A stretch of 64,000 nt of DNA from Carcharhinus amblyrhynchos. Lineage: Eukaryota. A model generated the notes under the pieces. It had not been told where the DNA came from. It did not search any database and was given only the letters and a program-made list of their open reading frames with translations. Within the stretch, counting starts at the first letter, position 1. Each line of letters opens with the position of its first letter. The translations under genes and the position numbers were made by a program. Location of the stretch: contig OZ336880.1 of the NCBI GenBank assembly GCA_965287045.1, positions 40,858,001 through 40,922,000 on the forward strand, in the 5' to 3' direction. Positions 50,101-62,100 of this stretch are shown piece by piece.

Positions 50101-53100
50101 TCAATGAATTAGACATTTCAGATGGTGGAATTTATACTTGCAACGTGGCAAATTCAGCAGGAAAGGATGAATGCAGTGCTGTCTTAAGTGTAAAAGGTTT
50201 GAAAAATTGCTTTGTCACATTTCCTTCCTATTGATAGTCCAAGAAATGTTTATTTCCTTATCAAAGCTTTTTTCTTAAAAAAATCAGTGCAGTAGTGTTG
50301 TAACTGAATAAACCTTTCAAACATCCCTTTCCTCATTATTTTAAGTTTGTAAATTTTTGAATATGTTAGCATGTGGTATTCATAAGATTATCTTCAATCT
50401 GAGCATTTCTTTCAGTTCCCACATACATGAGTTAATTAAATGTGTTTTTTCTTGTGTGAATTTTAGAGCCCCCAAGCTTTACAGAAAAAATAACATCGCG
50501 AGATGTTGTACTTGGTTCTACAGTACAGTTTAGAACTGTTGTGAAAGGAAGCACACCATTATCTACAAAATGGCTTAAAGGGGACAGGGAACTGATGCAT
50601 GGTGTGGCATATTCTATTTGGAATGAAGGCTCAATATATTTGTTGGAGTTGGTTTCAGCTAAAATATCTGATGCAGGTGTTTACACCTGCCAAGTCAGCA
50701 ATGATGCTGGTACAGTTGCCTGCTCCGCAGAATTGTTTGTGAAAGGTGTGCATTTCAGTATTTATTATTGTGATTATCTTTTATTCTATACTGTTTTCCC
50801 AGCTTAGCTACTTTAAAAGTCTAGCACCATCAACTTGTCTTCTTGATGGTTAGTCAGCTTTAGTTGTACAACTTTACACCGCTAACCAGAGAGAGGGCTG
50901 TCTCATTTATCAGTAAATTGGGGCTGATACTCATTCCTTATTTGGAATCTCTACAGTTTTGACATTAACTGTTAGATGAAGCATCATGGTGAAGGCTGAC
51001 ATTTAGGTAATTGTGGAAAGTTCTTTCTTAGTTAAGGAAAATCTCAAATAAATAAGGTTTAAAGTCAAGTTGAATTGTACTATGAAAGGACAGAAAGGCA
51101 ATTTTGAGAACTTCTGAAGCCTAGACTGCCCATCTCTCAAAATGAAGAACAATTATGGTGGAGGCAGCAATGGGAAAAGCTGATCTTAAATCTGGTTTCC
51201 TCCCACCGTCCAAAGAAATGCAGATTAGGTGGATTGGTCATGCTAAATTGCCCTTCAGTGTCCCAAGATGTGTAGGTTAGATGGATGATATACATGTGGG
51301 ATTTCAGGCTTCGGGCGGGGAACAGGGCCTGTGCAAGATACTCTGTCAGAGAGTCGATGCAGACTCGATGGGCTGAATTTCCTCTTCTGCACCGTAGGGA
51401 TTCTATGATTCTATACATGAAAAAGGAATTTTTGTTTGTTTTACCCTACACAGAGCACTCACTGAGCGCTGAACCTTATTTTTTTTAAGTTGTTAGTTTG
51501 ATCTGTAAATTTTTTGTAGCAAATTATCTATAGCTAAATGTTAGTTTGAATTGGTTTTGATTATTCTTTAAATTCATACTGACTTTTTAACATTTTGGCT
51601 TCTAGAACCTCCTAGCTTTGTTAAAAAGCTAAACACTTCAACAATATTAAAGAAAGGAATCACAGCATGTTTTGAGTGCATTATAACTGGCACACCTAAA
51701 ATCAAAGTTATTTGGTACAAAAATGGCCAGGAAATTATAGCCAGTGACAAATATATGATGTCATTTGATGGTTCTGTGGCAGTTCTTGAAATTATTGATA
51801 TTATGCTGGATGACAGTACATGCTACATATGTGAAGCAAGAAATGAGGCTGGTAGTGACAGCTGCAGCACTGAGGTTGAAGTTAAAGGTCTGTAATAATG
51901 TCTTTCTTAATTCAACAACAAAATATATATTGTGGTTTCTTGTGCAAGGCTTTGATCAGTTTCTGCATTTCAGTTAATCTGTATTTCTTTATTGTGATTA
52001 CTTTATAGAACCTCCCAGTATTAGAAGGGAACTTCAATCCACTGAGTTACTAAGAGGTAGTAGTGCCACTCTTGAATGTGAAATAGCTGGAACAGGTCCC
52101 TTTAATGTTATGTGGTCTAAGGATAATAAGCAGATTCGATTAGGTGAAAAATACAAAATGGTCACTGAGAACTTTTTAATTAGTCTTCATATTTTGAAGA
52201 TTGGTGCTTCCACTGCTGGTGACTATAAATGCACAGTAACAAATGATGTGGGAAGCTGCTCCTGCAGTTGTAGTGTCAGCTTGAAAGGTTAGTTATTTTG
52301 AGTCTGGAAAATAATTTTGCTCATAATGTTGATATTTTTACAGAACAGTTCCAAAAAAATTTTCTATTACATATTTCTATTTTATTATCATGCTTGAGGA
52401 CAGAGGAAATAATTCATATTTATTTGTCTGCCTGTTTATCTGAACCAGAACCTCCCTCATTTATAAGGAAGATTGAAAGTGTTACAATAGTTGCTGGAAA
52501 TCCTGCTGCATTTCAATGTTTTGTAAAAGGGTCACAGCCTTTATCCATAAGTTGGATGAAAGATAATGATGATATCAAAGAAGATGATAACCTAACAATT
52601 TGTTTTGAGAACAATACTGCTATTCTGAAAATTACTGCTGGTGAAACGAAACATGGTGGGAAATATATCTGTCAGGCTAAAAATGATGCAGGAATTGAGA
52701 AATGTTTTGCTACATTGACAGTCACAGGTTGGTAGAGAACACTTGTGAATCTTGTTGCCCAACTTGTGAAAGTCAGTTGCTGCTAAGTTCAAACTACTCG
52801 TGAAAAAGCAGCACTCCTTTAAAAAGAATAAACAATGACTCAGCACAATATTTTTTTTCTTAACAGAACCTGCAAAAATTGTTGAGCGAGCAAAGTCACA
52901 CAGTGTAACTGTGAGAAATCCAGCAAATTTGGAATGTACTGTAGCTGGTACTCCAAACTTAAAAATGAAATGGTTTAAAGATGGAAAGCAGATTACACCC
53001 AGCAGAAATTACAAAATGAGCTTTGAGAAAAACATAGCCAGTTTAAAGATTCTGTCGGTAGAGAAGTCAAGTAGTGGTGAATATACTTTTGAGGTGCAGA

Positions 53101-56100
53101 ATGAATTTGGAGTCGACAGCTGCAAAGCTTCCTTGACAGTATTAGGTTAGTATTTTAAATTGTTGTGAAAAGGAATGCAGTTAAGGCATGAAATTAGACT
53201 TGGTATTTGAGGCTACTTTTACATCTTAAGCTTACAGATTGTGCTCTATATTGTACAGATCAATTAATTGCTCCAACATTTACGAAAAAGTTAAAGGATA
53301 CGGGCACTTCATTAGGGTCTTTCATGTCCATGGAGTGCAAAGTATCTGGCTCGCTTCCATTGAACATTCATTGGTATAAAGATGGCAAGGAGATATCAGA
53401 TAGTGACAAATATAAAATATCACGGCAAGATAACACTTCAGCTTTGGAGATACATCAACTAGAAATCACAGACGGTGGAAATTATACCTGCAAAGTATCA
53501 AATGTAGCAGGAAGTGATGAATGCAGTGCCACATTAGTTGTGAAAGGTTTGAACTACAATCTTTGTGTTATCACCTCCATTTCTTAAAATGATAAAAGTC
53601 AGTTGTATCATACTCTTGAACTAATTGTTCTGAATTTATTAGCATTATGTGGTTCATAATGCAGAAGTTGATGAATCTTTATTTATGCTCTTTATCGCAA
53701 CAAATATATTTTTTCTTCAATGAATTTTAGAACCACCAAGATTTATAGTAAAACCAGTGTCACAGGAGGTCCCCCCCCATTCTGCAGTGCAGTTCAAGAG
53801 TGATGTGAAAGGAACACCTCCTCTGTATTTCAAATGGTTTAAGGATGACAAGGAGCTAAATTCTGATGCTACATGTCGCATTATGACAGAAGGTTCATCC
53901 AGTTTTCTGCAACTGTATTCAGTAAATCATTCCAATACAGGATACTATACTTGCCACGTCACCAATGATGCTGGCGTAAATACCTGTACAGCAAAACTAT
54001 TTGTAACAGGTGTGCAATTTTTATGCAGTGTTGCAATGTGTTATCAGTATCTTGTTTATTTTTTACTTGTTTTGTCTTTAACTTGCTGAGTATTCTCAGT
54101 AGAGATCATCTTTCTTATCTGTTTATCATGTTAGCATCTTGTGTTCTTCATGACATTGAACATATGTTACAATCTTATACTCTTTATCAATTTTATATTT
54201 GCTTCTTATTTTCTTCATGATCTTAAAAATACATCATCTTGTACTCTTCACTAAAGCGATTCTATTGAATGCTTTTTATTGTTTATAACACTGAAAATAA
54301 ATCTTTGATTTATGTCTTTTTAAAATAATTTGAAACATTCTCTTATGTAACTACTTTCAGTATCTTTCCTCTTTCTACATACTTCACAATTCCAATTTTT
54401 CCAAAACACTAACATTCTTGTAACTCTGGCACTAAATGCCCTCTATTTTGGTTTCCTAGAGCCCCCAACTTTCGTTCAGAAGCCAGAACCATCCAAAGTG
54501 CTGAAGAAAGGTGAATCCGTACATTTTGAGTGCAAAGTGATTGGCACGCCCGAAATAAAGGTTTCATGGTTCAAGAATGACATTGAAATTAGTGCTGGTA
54601 CCAAGTACAAAATGCGTTACGACAATTGTGTAGCAGTTCTTGAAATCATTAACGCTGATTTGGAAGATAGCGGGGATTACATATGTGAAGCTCAAAACGA
54701 AGCTGGCAGTGCAAGTTGCAATGTAGCTTTTACTGTCAAAGGTATGTAGATTTTTTCAAGTGTATTTCAAAGTTTGTTCTAAAGCAAGTATCTTTTCACC
54801 ATGAATGCATAAATGAGACAAATTACCATTTTCTTACAGAACCTCCGGTTTTCAGTAAACCACTAGAGACAGTTAATGTCAGAAAAGACTCTGATATCGT
54901 ACTCCAGTGTGAAATCCGTGGTACATCTCCTTTTGACATATCCTGGTATAAAGACAAAAGGCAAATCCGAGCAAGTAATAAGTATAAAATGATGTATGAA
55001 AACCATGTCGCAAGTATTCATATTCTTAAAGTGGAGGCTTCAGATGTAGGAGAATATATGTGCATGGCCAAGAATGATGTAGGAGGTGATACTTCCATTG
55101 GCACAGTCAATCTGAAAGGTTGGTAAATTTTCCAAATGCAAATTTTACCACTGTTGCAATTTCAGAAAAATAAATCAGACATAAAAAATATTTCTTTAAT
55201 TCTTCAGAGCCGCCAGTATTTGTGAAGAAACTTTCCAACATTTCTTCTCTGCTTGGAGAGTCTATAACTTTACAAGCTACCATTAAAGGTTCAGAACCAA
55301 TTCATGTGACATGGATCAAGGAACACAAAGAATTGAAAGATGATGAGTATATGACTATTACTCATGAACAAAACACTGTAACGCTACATATTTCAAAAGT
55401 AGAACCAATTCATGCTGGAAAGTATGTTTGCCAAATCAAAAATGATGCTGGAATGCATGAGAGTGCTGCCATAATATCACTTCTGGGTCAGTACTTAACA
55501 TCAACTTATTGATGTTTTTAGAATTTGGTTTGCATTTAAGAGCATTGCCCAATATTATTTTCTTTACCAATATATACCAAGAATCTTTTGTAAAAGTACT
55601 TTTTTTTGTATTTTAGAACCTGCCACAATAACGGAAAAAGCAGAGTCTGTCAGTGTAACTGCAGGAGATCAAGCAACTTTGGAATGCGTTGTTAGAGGTA
55701 CACCAGAACTAAAAGTGAAATGGTTGAAAAATGGTCAAGAGTTAGCATCTGGCAGAAAGTATAGAATCAGTTTTCTAAATGGGATTGCCAACCTAAAGAT
55801 TCTTTCTGCCGAGAAGGCAGACAGTGGTCAATATACTTTTGAAGTCCAGAATAATGTTGGTAGCAGCAGCTGCAAAGCATCAGTCAGTGTACTAGGTTTG
55901 GTTTATTTTTTCTTCTTTTTCATACTTACTTTCAAGATTTGTTAAATGCTTGTTAAACAAATCTTTTCATAATCATGGTTTATTGATGTAACTTAAACAG
56001 ATCGAATCATTCCACCAACATTTACAAGAAAGTTAAAGAAGGTGGATGGTATTTTGGCTTCTCCTATCCAAATGGAGTGCAAAGTGTCTGGATCACCACC

Positions 56101-59100
56101 TATTGCTATATCTTGGTTCAAAGATGGACAAGAGATTGTTCATGGAGCAAAATGTCATCTCACATTTGGAGATAATACATGTGGTTTAAAAATAAATGCT
56201 CTGGAAATGTCAGATGTTGGCAATTATACATGTAAAGCAACAAATACTGCAGGGAGTGATGAATGCAGTGGTGTCTTGACCGTGAAAGGTCAGTTTATTT
56301 TTCTGTGAAGATTCCAGTATTTTACATTATTCTTTGTATTACTACCATCTCAATAGAGACTGGTAATGTTTTTTATAGAATCCGGAAACCTGTGTATTTC
56401 AGAAAAGAATAATGTCACAAGATTGACAGTTAAATCAAAAGAATTTTAGCACATAAAAAATCAAATAACATGAACGCTAATAAATAATCATGTATAGTTA
56501 GTTAGATTAATAGATAATAGAAGTACAATGAACTCTGTTGCTAATTATCTAAACTGAACTCCCTTATTCACAAAATTATTCTTAGCTTTTTGTTCTTTCC
56601 CCTTTTAAGCCTGTAACTTTTAAGTGCAGAACTGTCTTCATAGTGAAAGCATTACTGGAGACCCTGCCTCCAGCACCAGTGAGACAAATAATCCAGTGTT
56701 ACTTCAGTTTCTCATGAACTAGGTCTTTTCAGTCCAAGTTCAGGTTTCAAGTCACATCCCAGCTTGGTGACCAGTAGAGACTTCGGGCCTGTAGCTGCTC
56801 TGTTTCCTTTAAACCCCTGACAGACTAAACTGTCTTTCATATTCAGTGATATTTTAGGAAATCCTGGTAACACATTGGGTACCTCTGTACCCTGCCATCT
56901 CAAAGCCCATCACCATGGCAGCTTGAATCACATGGGTCTTATATCCAGCTATCCTTAACACTCCAACCAGCTTTTATCTTAAATAGACAATTTAATGCAG
57001 AACTTTTAACAACCTAACGTTATCAACATCTTTTTGAAACTTTGGAGACTCAAAGACTATTAGCACACATGCTGCTGCCATTATAATCAGATATAAGCAT
57101 CTTGCTCGTTTTTCACCAAAAATCACTCTGGATCCCCTTTAAACTAATCGGTACTTGCTGACAGACAGACATTAGAACAGATCACATGATCTCCTTCATC
57201 TTAATTTAAAGACCACAGCTCCAAAAATATGCAGAGGGCGATTCTCCCAGCCAACTGCATGCTTCTCTAGCAATGTAATGGGCCGGGAGACATCAGCAGA
57301 GGCCATTTAGCATGGGGTAAGGGTGGGGGAGGGTGACCCCAGGGCATTGTCAGCCTAGCAGCGCCAACCTGCCCCCCTTGCATTGCCCAATGGGCAAATT
57401 GGTAATGCCCAGGGGACACCTTGGTACTGCCCACCGGGCATCAGACAGTGCCAAGAAGGTGGAGGCCTTGAGAGACCTGGGAGGCCAATGATCAGGGTGG
57501 GAGGGGATTGGAAGGGCAGCGATGGGGGGGAGGGGCTGTTGTTGAGCTGGCCAGCGGGGTCACTGCATATGTGCTGATCTTCACTCTGTGCTGTGCTGCT
57601 GTCTCTCTGGCAGGAATAGGCACCGCATATTGATTTTCAACATGAATCTTGCCTGAGGACTCTGCAGTGCTTAGAGTGTGAGAGATTCATTTTGAAAATC
57701 CTGCAAAAATACCGTAGGGAGTTACTCCAGTTTTTACTTGAATTTGGTACTTAGAGTTTTTTTTGGGAGAATCCCGGCCATAACCTTGTAAATCTTATAA
57801 TTGCAACGGTGCCTGGGTAGAAATGCATTCTCTATGTAACAGATCACTGATCCTGTTCCAGATACTGTCACACCAATCAATGCAATGTGCGACCTCTATA
57901 ATCTCTGCTTGGGAATCTCCTCTTATATTTCTTTATCCAGTAAAGCCTGAAAAGACTAATTCAACCCACTAATTATGTCACAGTGGCCCTATTAAAAATA
58001 CATACAATTTATCCATCTGATTGCCAAAACAAGGTCAAATCTCAAGAGCTCTTGCGGCCCAAACTTGGGCTGCATCAGCTCATAAACATTTCAGTGTCAA
58101 GCTCAGGAAAAGCAAGAAAAATCATTCAGTTAAAAGTTCAGCATGACAAATAAATTAAAGAAATCAGTCACAGTATTTAAGTTAGTTTTCCTTAATTAGC
58201 CTAAAAAACCTGATGTAGGAATTTGCCAGGATTCTTACAGCAGGCCTCAACCAGACAATCTGATGTCATTTTCAAGAGACATCAGTTTGGGTGTTGTGCC
58301 AGGACAGAACTCAGCCCAACTATCATCACTATCTTTGCCAAATGCTCAAGCTGCCCACCTTTAGGCTTAGACATAAAGAATGGTACCGGAAGACTAATAT
58401 TATCTATGGATTTCCATGAGCCACTTCCGCCAGGAAAGAGGGGGCAAAGGAATAAAAGTTCTGGAAAAAAAGAAAAATTGATTTTGTCTTTACTTCCAGC
58501 AAAAATTGCATTCGTCTTTCGAGTAAATTTATAACTTAATGTTCCATTACAATATTTTGCTTTGACTCCTTTAGAACCACCTTCATTTATGAGGAAACCT
58601 GATCCTCAGGAAGCTTTACCTGGTTCAAATGTGAGATTTACAAGTGTTGTTACTGGAACAGTTCCACTGAAAGTGGCATGGTTTAAAGGTAGCACTCAAC
58701 TGGTAACAGGAAGGAAATGTCTAATTTCTTTAAGTGGCTCGACAGCAGTATTAGAGCTATTAAACATAGACGCTTCCCAAAGTGGAGACTATATCTGCCA
58801 AGTCAGTAACGAAGCTGGCCAAGATTCTTGTGCAACAAAACTGTTTGTGAAAGGTTTGTAAATTACAAATTAGATGAAAGAGCATCTGTGTAAGTTAATA
58901 TTTTACTGGGGTTGCTTGGCCTTTTTGAAAAAAAGTTTTCATATGTATCCTTACCAGAACCGGCCGTATTCCAGAAGAAGTTGAAGGACTCCAGTGTTGT
59001 ACTGGGCAAATCAGTTTGTCTTGACTGCACATACACTGGTACCCCAGAAATCACAATCAGCTGGAAAAAAAATGGAATCCCTATATTCCAGTCAGAAAGA

Positions 59101-62100
59101 TATATTTTAACTACTACTGAAACATCTTGTATTTTGGAGATTCTCAACTGTATTAGAGATGATAATGCAGAATATACATGTGAGGTAGAAAATGATGCTG
59201 GAATGGACACTTGTCATGCTAAGGTCAAAGTATTAGGTTTGTTAAAATTCAGATTTCTATTAGTCACTGACTTTACATCAATATTATGTCGCTTTTATTT
59301 TCTTTTTTATACACATAATATGCATAATTTTTAACTGTTGATGTATATTGATTATACTTCAGAACCGCCAACATTCATCCAGCATTTAGAACCACTGGAA
59401 ATAACAATAGGTGACCCAGGATTCTTTGAATGTACTCTTACTGGAACACCTGAAATTAAGGTTACTTGGTACAAAGGGGACACAAAACTGAGAGCCACCC
59501 CTAATTGTAAAATGGAGTTTGTGAACAATGTTGCAAGAGTGAAACTGAAGAAAACAACTTTGAGTGACTGTGGGGAATATATATGCAAAGCTGAAAATAA
59601 AATAGGGGCCTGCTCATCAAAGGCCATGCTCAATATTCAAGGTGATTTTGCTGAACTGATTAATTGTGCTTGACAGATTGGCATATGTCAGCATCTGATA
59701 CATTTTTCCATTGGAACACTTAAAAATCTTTTCACTGCAATTTGAAAAAAGTATATTTCCTATATGATCACAGTTTTGAAGAACTCATTCCTTAATTGTT
59801 TACTTTACAGAACGTAAAGTTGCACCTTCTTTCACAAGAAAAATTCAGAGTATAGAAGGAACTCTTCATCTTCCAGTGACATTTGAATGTCATGTTTCTG
59901 GTTCGATGCCCATTGAAACCTCTTGGTTTAAAGATGGTGTAAAATTGACGAATGAAGAAAAATTAATTATATCTTTCACAGGAAATGTAGCAACTCTTAA
60001 AATTCTTAATACTGAGATGAATCATGCGGGTGAATACACTTGCAAAGCTTCAAACATGGTTGGAGCTGTTTCATGCAGTTCTAAACTAACCCTGAAAGGT
60101 TTGTTGGGTTACAAATTAATTAAATATCTTCATCTCTTTCTCTTTATTATATCCCAATCTTGCAGCATTTAAAACTTGTTTCTTTTAATGATTGCTGGGT
60201 GCAGTTATTTTACTACTGCAATATTACGATAGAAAATAATAATTTTTTGTTTTTTTTTAGCGGCTAGAATTGCTCCTGTATTTGACAAAAAACTAGAACC
60301 ATTGGATGTTACTACTGGGCAAAGTGTAGATCTTGAGTGCCATTTCATTGGCTCTTCTCCAGTTAAAGTTATTTGGCTGAAGGATGGCAAAGAAGTTCGA
60401 ACAAGTGGCAATTACAAGATAACTTGCATGGAAAATACACCTCACTTGACAATTCTAAAAGCAGACAAAGGAGATTCATGCCAGTTTGTTTGTGAGGCTA
60501 GCAATGATATGGGAAAGGACTCATGCAAAGCATTAGTGACTGTGAAAGGTATTTTCTCAAGTCATTTATTAGTTTTTCCCCCAGCTCAGAATTTCAGACT
60601 CAGCATTATTCATTTGAAGGGAGAATGTTGTTTCTTCTTAGTTTTCCTTCTTCAATGTGGTTGTTTTCCAGTGACTTTTTTTTTCACTTTCTCAATCTGG
60701 AGTTCTTCTTTTGAAGTAAGAGCTTGAAAAAGGCAGTTACTAAAAGCACAAATCTAAACTGAAAAGTAATGTGAAATATTGTGGAAATCTCTTTAATCCA
60801 TTCACGTCAAAGAATCTTAGGGGGAATTTTCTCCATGCTGAGCCAACAGGTTCAATGGTGGGCAGAAGGGGGAATTCAGGCGGGTGTCCAAAAATAGGTT
60901 TTATGTCAGTCTGGATTTCCCACTGATGCCCACCATGGCAGATTGGGGAACCCACTGAAAACTGATTTGCATCCCACTAATGAGGTGCAAATGTAGGCCT
61001 GAATAGAATCCCACTCCCCACCCCCAACCCCCAAGTCCAATTCAAGATGCCAGCGGGAAAATGTTATTCTGGAACATGCCTGGAACAACATGGCGTGCAG
61101 AAGTCAGGATTCACCTGCTTGGCGTGCCTCTAGTGTTTGGGACGAAAGCTGCCTGGACTTTGGAATGCCATAGCAATGTGTGAGGACCATCTTACTTCTT
61201 CAATGGTGGGTTAGTGATGCTGTGGTGCACCTTTTAAATATGGCACCCAGATATAATGGCAGCACACGCCAAATTCTTCACTCTGACTGGCCTGCCCCTT
61301 CATAAGATAGGATGCAAAATTAGTAAGTTTAGGCCAGAAGATGGTTTTCCGCTGGGCTCTATAGCAGAAAACACTCCCATTATCACCGCTGCCACAGGAC
61401 TAAGTTCCAGATGGGAGAATGTTGCTCTTAATTTGTATAACCTTCCACTCTCCACAATCCATCTTGAAGTGAAAGTTCAGATTTTCACTTTTTAACAGAT
61501 TTCTCTTGTTGAAGCCTAACTTCACTGAATAAATAAAAAATATATCCATACATTTGGGTATTTGTAATGTTGCTCCATCTTGAAATGCCTCTCTTTTACA
61601 GATCGTAAAATCCCACCAACCTTCACTAAAAAACCTCTGGAACAAATACATGATACAGAAGGAAAATCTATAAAACTTGAGGGTCGTGTTTCTGGTTCAC
61701 AACCAATATCTGTAACCTGGTTCAAAGATGAACAAGAGATCCAGCAAACTGAAAATTATGACATGCCATTTAAAAACAATGTAGCAATACTGAACATTAA
61801 AAAAGCACATCTTAATGATTCTGCTGTTTACACATGTAAAGCAGCCAATGAAGCAGGCACTGCAATGTTTACTGTGTCAGTTTTGATCAAAGGTTAGTAA
61901 TGAAGATAATTATTTTTAGTGCCTGATGACAGTGGATAAATAAACAAATGTGTGCAAATTCTCCAGTCGATAATTTAGTCAAATATATTGGGTTTCTTAA
62001 AGACTTTACCAGACATCCTTTATTATTCTTCTGTCTAATATGCATTCTAAACTCTTTACTTGTTGTCAGTTGTTATCAACATTTCCTTTAGATTTTGGCC

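Larger units (their letters stand above)
35420..52050 (+). repeat. Tandem segmental duplication of 12 Ig exons (unit 1 about 35420-44300; unit 2 about 44300-52050)
   Basis: Exons and introns align pairwise: C4/C6, D4/D6, E4/E6, F4/F6, A5/A7, B5/B7, C5/C7, D5/D7, E5/E7, F5/F7, A6/A8. Confidence 0.9.

Noticed and set aside
56413-57810. Possible solo LTR in the E9-F9 intron
   Set aside because: TG...CA ends imperfect and no target-site duplication found
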